Below are positions 57,590 to 64,000 of a DNA stretch of 64,000 bases, one piece after another (position 1 is the stretch's first letter; the number at the start of each line of letters is the position of its first letter). Below the pieces are notes generated by a model, which worked only from the letters and a program-made list of their open reading frames with translations, was not told the DNA's origin and searched no databases. A program made the translations under genes and the position numbers. Source of the stretch: Eledone cirrhosa (taxonomy: Eukaryota); assembly GCA_964016885.1 (NCBI GenBank), contig OZ024743.1, forward strand, positions 130,200,001 to 130,264,000, written 5' to 3'.

Positions 57590-60500
57590 CAAACACCAAG
57601 AACCAACCACCAAACACCAAATACCAAGCACCAAGCACTAAACACCAAACACCAAGCATCATGCACCAAGCATCAAGCACCAAGCACCAAACACCAAGCA
57701 CCAAGCACCAAGCACCAAGCACCAAACACAAAACACCAAGTACCAAGCACCAAGCACCAAACACCACACACCAAACACCAAGCACCGAGCACCAAACACC
57801 AAGCACCAAGCACCAAGCATCAAACACCAAACACCAAGCACCAAGCACCAAACACCAAACACCAAGCCCAAAGCACCAAAGAGCAAAAACAAAACACCAA
57901 GCACCAAACACCAAACACCAAGCACCAAACACCAAACAGCCAACACCAAACAGCAAACACCAAACACCAAATAGCAAAAACCAAAGAGCAAACTCCAAAC
58001 ACCAAACAGCAAACACAAAACACCAAACAGCAAACACCAAACAGCAAACACCAAACACCAAACACCAAGCACCAAGCACCAAATACCAAGCACCAAACAC
58101 CAAGCACCAATCACCAAACACCAAACACCAAGCACCAAGCACCAAACACCAAAAACCAAGCACCAAGCACCAAGCACCAAACACCATACGCCAAACACCA
58201 AACACCAAGCACCAAGCACCAAACACCAAGCACCAAGCGCCAAAGACCAAACACCAAGCACCAAGCACGAAACACCAAGCACCAAGCACCAAACACCAAA
58301 AACCAAGCACCAAGCACCAAGCACCAAACACCATACGCCAAACACCAAACACCAAGCACCAAGCACCAAACACCAAGCACCAAGCGCCAAAGACCAAACA
58401 CCAAGCACCAAGCACGAAACACCAAGCACCAAGCACCGAGCACCAAACACCATGTACCAAGCACCAATCACCAAACACCAAGCACCAAGCACCAAACACC
58501 AAACACCAAACACCAAGCACCAAGCACCAAACACCAAACACCAAGCACCAAACACCAAATACGAAGCACCAAGCACTAAACACCAAACACCAAGCATCAT
58601 GCACCAAGCATCAAGCACCAAGCACCAAACACCAAGCACCAAGCACCAAGCACCAAGCACCAAACACAAAACACCAAGTACCAAGCACCAAGCACCAAAC
58701 ACCAAACACCAAACACCAAGCACCAAGCACCAAACACCAAACACCAAGCACCAAGCACCAGACACCAAGCACCAAGCACCAAGGACCAAACACCAAACAC
58801 CAAACACCAAACACCAGGCACAAAGCACCAAACACCAAGCACCAAGCACCAAAAACCAAAGACCAAGCACAAAGCACCAAAGAGCAAACACCAAACAGCA
58901 AACACCAAACACCAAACACCAAACAGCAAACACCAAACAGCAAACACCAAACACCAAATAGCAAACACCAAAGGGCAAACTCCAAACACCAAACAGCAAA
59001 CACAAAACACCAAACAGCAAACAACAAACAGCAAACACCAAAGAGCAAACAGCAAACAGCAAACACCAAACACCAAGCACCAAGCACCAAGCACCAAACA
59101 CCAACACCAAGCACCAAGCACCAAACACCAAGCACCAAGCACCAAACACCAAACACCAAGCTCCAAGCAACAAACACCAAACACCAAGCACCAAGCACCA
59201 AACACCAATCACCAAGCACCAAGCACCAAACCCCAAGCACCAAACACCAAGCACAAAACACCAAGCACCAAGCACCAAACACCAAACATCAAACACCAAT
59301 CACCAAACATCAAACAGCAAACACCAAACACCAAACACCAAACATAAAACACCAAACAGCAAACAACAAACAACAAACGCCAAACATCAAACGCCAAACA
59401 CCAAACACCAAATAGCAAACACCAAACCGCAAACACCAAACACCAAACAGCAAACACCAAACACCAAACAGCGAACACCAAACAGCAAACACCAAACAGC
59501 AAACAGCAAGCAACAAACACCAAACACCAAACACCAAGCACCAAACTCCAAACACCAAGCACCAAGCACCAAGCACAAAACACCAAGCACCAAGCGCTAA
59601 ACATAAAACACTAAGCACCAAGCACCAAGCACCAAGCACCAAACACCAAACATCAAACACCAATCACCAAACATCAAACAGCAAACACCAAACACCAAAC
59701 ACCAAACATCAAACACCAAATAGCAAACAACAAACAACAAACGCCAAACATCAAACGCCAAACACCAAACACCAAATAGCAAACACCAAACCGCAAACAC
59801 CAAACACCAAACAGCAAACACCAAACAGCGAAGACCAAACAGCAAACACCAAACAGCAAACACCAAACACCAAACACCAAACACCAAGCACCAAGCACCA
59901 AGCACAAAACACCAAGCACCAAGCACCAAACACCAAGCACCAAACACCAAACACCAAGCACCAAGCGCCAAACACCAAACACCAAGCACCAAACACCAAA
60001 CAGCAAACACCAATCACCAAACACCAAAAACCAAACAGCAAACACCAATCACCAAACACCAAACACCAAACACCAAACAGTAAACACCAAACACCAAACA
60101 GCAAACACCAAACACCAAACACCAAACAGCAAACACCAAACACCAAACACCAAACAGCAAACACCAAACAAACAGCAAACAGCAAACACCAAGCAGCAAA
60201 CACCAAACACCAAACAACAAACGCCAAACAGCAAACGCCAACCACCAGATGCCAAACAGCAAACGCCAAACAGCAAACGCCAAACAGCAAACACCAAACA
60301 CCAAACAGCAAACACCAAACACCAAACACCAAATAGCAAACACCAAACAGCAAACACCAAACAGCAAACACCAAACAGCAAACACCAGACAGCAAACAGC
60401 AAACACCAAACACCAAACACCAAGCACCAAGCACCAAACACCAAGCACCAAGCAACAAGCACCAATCACCAAGCACCAAGCACTAAACACCAAACACCAA

Positions 60501-60650
60501 GCACCAAGCACCAAGCACCAAACAGCAAGCACCAAGCACCATGCACCAAACGCCAAGCACCAAGCACCAAAAACCAAGCACCAAGCACCAAGCACCAAAC
60601 ACCAAGCACCAAAGACCAAGCACCAAATACCAAGCACCAAGCACCAAACA
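57590..60650 (-). repeat. Non-adjacent copy of the block at about 42290-45230 (offset about 15.3-15.4 kb)
   Basis: Offsets 42365/57659 (15294); 43166/58607 and 44156/59597 (15441); 44892/60249 (15357). Confidence 0.88.
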
Positions 60651-60819
60651 CCAATCATCAAGCCCCAAGCACCAAACACCAAGCACCCAGCACCAAACAC
60701 CAAACACCAAGCACCAAGCACCCAGAACAAAGCACCAAGCACCAAACACCAAACACCAAGCTCCAAGCACCAAACACCAAACACCAAGCACCAAGCACCA
60801 AGCACCAAACACCAAACAC

Positions 60820-63780
60820 CAAGCACCAAGCACCGAGCACCAAACACCTAGTACCAAGCACCAATCACCAAACACCAAGCACCAAGCACCAAACACCAAA
60901 CACCAATCACCAAGCACCAAGCACCAAACACCAAGAACCAAGCACCAAGCACTAAACACCAAACACCAAGCACCAAGCACCAAACACCAAACACCAAGCA
61001 CCAAGTACCAAACTCCAAACACCAAACACCAAGCACCAAGCACCAAATCCCAAGCACCAAACACCAAGCACCAATCACCAAACACCAAACACCAAGCACC
61101 AAGCACCAAACACCGAACACCAAGTACCAAGCACCAAACACCAAGCACCAATCGCCAAAGACCAAACACCAAGCACCAAGCACGAAACACCAAGCACCAA
61201 GCACCGAGCACCAAACACCAAGTACCAAGCACCGATCACCAAACACCAAGCACCAAGCACCAAACATCAAACACCAAGCACCAAGCACCAAACACCAAAC
61301 ACCAAGCACCAAGCACCACACACCAAATACCAAGCACCAAGCACTAAACACCAAACACCAAGCATCAAGCACCAAGCATCAAGCACCAAGCACCAAACAC
61401 CAAACACCAAACACCAAGCACCAAAAACCAAGCACCAAGCTCCAAGCACCAAACACCAAGCACCAAACACCAAACACCAAGCACCAATCACCAAGCACCA
61501 AACACCAAGCACCAAGCACCAAGCACCAAGCACCAAACACCAAGCACCAAGCACCAAACAGCAAACACCAAGCACCAAACACCAAACACCAAGCACCAAG
61601 CAACAAACAACAAACACCAAGCACCAAACACCAAGCACCAAGCCCCAAGCACCAAACACCAAGCACCGAGCACCAAACACCAAGCACCAAGCACCAAGCA
61701 CCATGAACCAAACACCAAGCACCAAGCACCAAACAGCAAACGCCAAACAGCAAACACCAAACAGCAAACACCAAACAGCAAACACCAAACACCAAACACC
61801 AAACAGCAAACGCCAAAAAGCAAACGCCAAACCCCAAATGCCAAACAGCAAATGCCAAAACCCAAACGCCAAATAGCAAACGCCAAGCACCAAACACCAA
61901 ACACCAAGAGCCAAGCACCAAACACCAAACACCAAGCACCAAGCACCAAACACCAAACACCAAGCACCAATTACCAAACACCAAACACCAAGCGCGAAAC
62001 ACCAAACACCAAACACCTAGCACCAAGCACCAAGCACCAAACACCAAGCACCAAACACCAAGCACCAAGCACCAAGCACCAAGCACCAAGCACCAAACAC
62101 CAATCACCAAGCCCCAAGCACCAAACACCAAGCACCCAGCACCAAACACCAAACACCAAGCACCAAGCACCCAGAACAAAGCACCAAGCACCAAACACCA
62201 AACACCAAGCTCCAAGCACCAAACACCAAACACCGAGCACCAAGCACCAAGCACCAAACACCAAACACCAAGCTCCAAGCACCAAACACCAAACACCAAG
62301 CACCAAGCACCAAACACCAAACACCAAGCACCAATCACCAAACACCAAACACCAAGAACCAAGCACCAAGCACCAAACCCCAAGCACCAAACACCAAGCA
62401 CCAATCACCAAACACCGAACACCAAGAACCAAGCACCAAGCACCAAACACCAAGCACCAAGCACCAAGCACCAAGCACCAAGCACCAAACACCAAGCACC
62501 AAGTACCACACACCAAACACCAAGCACCAAGCACCAAACACCAAACACCAAACACCAGGCACCAAGCACCAATCACCAAGCACCAAGCAAAAACACAAAG
62601 CACCAAGCACCAAGCACCAAATACCAAACACCAAACACCAGGCACCAAGCACCAAACACCAAACACCAAGCCCAAATCACCAAAGAGCAAAAACAAAACA
62701 CCAAGCACCAAACACCAAACACCAAGCACCAAACACCAAACACCAAACACCAAATAGCAAAAACCAAAGAGCAAACTCCAAACACCAAACACCAAACACA
62801 AAACACCAAACAGCAAACACCAAACAGCAAACTCCAAACACCAAACACCAAGCACCAAGCACCAAATCCCAAGCACCAAACACCAAGCACCAATCACCAA
62901 ACACCAAGCACCAAGCACCAAACACCAAACACCAAGCACCAAGTACCAAACACCAAACACCAAGCACCAAACACTAAACAGCAAACGCAAAAAAGCAAAT
63001 GCCAAACCCCAAACGCCAAACAGCAAACGCCCAGCACCAAACACCAAACACCAAGCGCCAAGCACCAAACACCAAACACCAAGCACCAAGCACCAAACAC
63101 CAAACACCAAGCACAAATCACCAAACACCAAACACCAAGCGCCAAACACCAAACACCAAACACCTAGCACCAAGCACCAAGCACCAAACACCAAGCACCA
63201 AACACCAAGCACCAAGCACCAAGCACCAAGCACCAAGCACCAAACACCAATCACCAAGCCCCAAGCATCAAACACCAAGCACCCAGCACCAAACACCAAA
63301 CACCAAGCACCAAGCACCCAGAACAAAGCACCAAGCACCAAACACCAAACACCAAGCTCCAAGCACCAAACACCAAACACCAAGCACCAAGCACCAAGCA
63401 CCAAACACCAAACACCAAGCACCAAGCACCAAACACCAAACACCAAGCACCAATCACCAAACACCAAGCCCCAGGCGCCAAACACCAAACACCAAACACC
63501 TAGCACCAAGCACCAAGCACCGAACACCAAGCACCAAACACCAAGCACCAAGCACCAAGCACCAAGCACCAAGCACCAAACACCAATCACCAAGCCCCAA
63601 GCACCAAACACCAAGCACCAAGCACCAAACACCAAACAGCAAGCACCAAGCACCCAGAACCAAGCACCAAGCACCAAACACCAAACTACCAAGCACCAAG
63701 CACCAAACACCAAACACCAAGCACCAAGCACCAAGCACCAAGCACCAAACACCATACACCAAGCACCAAGCACCAAACAC
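60820..63780 (-). repeat. Copy of the block at about 54730-57600 (offset about 6.1 kb)
   Basis: Offsets 54778/60864 and 55289/61375 (6086); 56779/62893 (6114); 57308/63499 (6191). The marker CACCAAACTACCAAG occurs near 57490 and 63680. Confidence 0.88.
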
Positions 63781-64000
63781 CAAAAACCAATCACCAAGCA
63801 CCAAAGAGCAAACACCAAGCCCCAAGCACCAAACACCAAACACCAAACACCAAATAGCAAACACTAAACACCAAACACCAAACAGCAAACACAAAACACC
63901 AAATAGCAAACACCAAACACCAAACACCAAACACCAAACAGCAAACACCAAACACCAAACACCAAACACCAAACAGCAAACACCAAACAGCAAACAGCAA

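Larger units (their letters stand above)
1..64000. repeat. Large tandem satellite array of a 7-bp monomer (YTTGGTG / CACCAAR), extending beyond both window ends
   Basis: Every line parses as heptamers. The main types are TTTGGTG/CTTGGTG (reverse complement CACCAAA/CACCAAG), with recurrent single-base variants such as CAGCAAA, CACCAAT, CACTAAA, CATCAAR, TACCAAR, CGCCAAA and CCCCAAR. No non-repeat insert was seen. Confidence 0.99.
9139..64000 (-). repeat. Right arm of the satellite in the opposite orientation, (CACCAAR)n on +, about 7,800 monomers
   Basis: Begins CACCCAA CACCAAA CACCAAA CATCAAA at 9139 and stays C/A-rich with very few T bases to the window end. Confidence 0.98.

Noticed and set aside
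1-64000. Long ORFs of up to 845 aa encoding (WCLVxGx)n or (KHQxPxT)n, superficially membrane-, mucin- or heptad-like proteins
   Set aside because: The consensus heptamer has no stop codon on either strand, and because 7 is not a multiple of 3 all frames give the same peptide. The ORFs overlap in all frames, most start at TTG/GTG, and they end at ordinary variants (CACTAAA, CACCTAG, AATAG, TGA). There is no unique domain, signal peptide or preferred frame.
1-64000. CRISPR array or repeat-spacer system
   Set aside because: There are no constant 23-50 bp repeats separated by unique spacers, no leader and no cas genes. All intervening DNA is the same heptamer.
9139-64000. Many CCAAT boxes (CACCAATCA) as promoter elements
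   Set aside because: They are a single-base variant of the monomer at its most variable position, and there are no genes nearby.
1-64000. Cyanobacterial STRR-type or phase-variation heptamer repeats
   Set aside because: Those tracts are short and embedded among genes. A gene-free array of 64 kb or more with HORs does not fit, although the host cannot be identified here.
1-64000. Stable G-quadruplex array
   Set aside because: There are only GG runs with 5-nt loops, and GGG or longer runs are sparse and isolated. At most weak two-tetrad structures could form.
1-64000. A/G pattern at monomer position 7 as an information-bearing binary code
   Set aside because: The pattern is explained by block duplication of a two-allele array, and nothing in the window suggests a reader or a regular syntax.

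Overview
The whole 64 kb window is one tandem array of a 7-bp satellite, YTTGGTG on one strand and CACCAAR on the other (about 9,100 monomers). I found no unique sequence, credible gene, RNA gene, transposon or CRISPR array. The hundreds of ORFs in the track are artefacts of the stop-free heptamer, which reads as WCLV(F/L)G(A/V) or KHQ(A/T)P(S/N)T in every frame. The main structural event is a spacer-less strand inversion at position 9139: G/T-rich on + for 1-9139 and C/A-rich on + for 9139-64000. The two arms are not mirror images, and each is cut in the middle of a higher-order unit. Rare monomer variants reveal nested higher-order repeats (HORs) of about 140-550 bp, 0.9-2.3 kb and 2.6-4.1 kb, plus long-range copies about 6, 10 and 15 kb apart. 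This looks like eukaryotic centromeric, subtelomeric or interstitial-telomere-like heterochromatin, but the organism and function cannot be determined from this sequence. Offsets were read by eye from marker motifs and ORF-track end points, so HOR boundaries are approximate.
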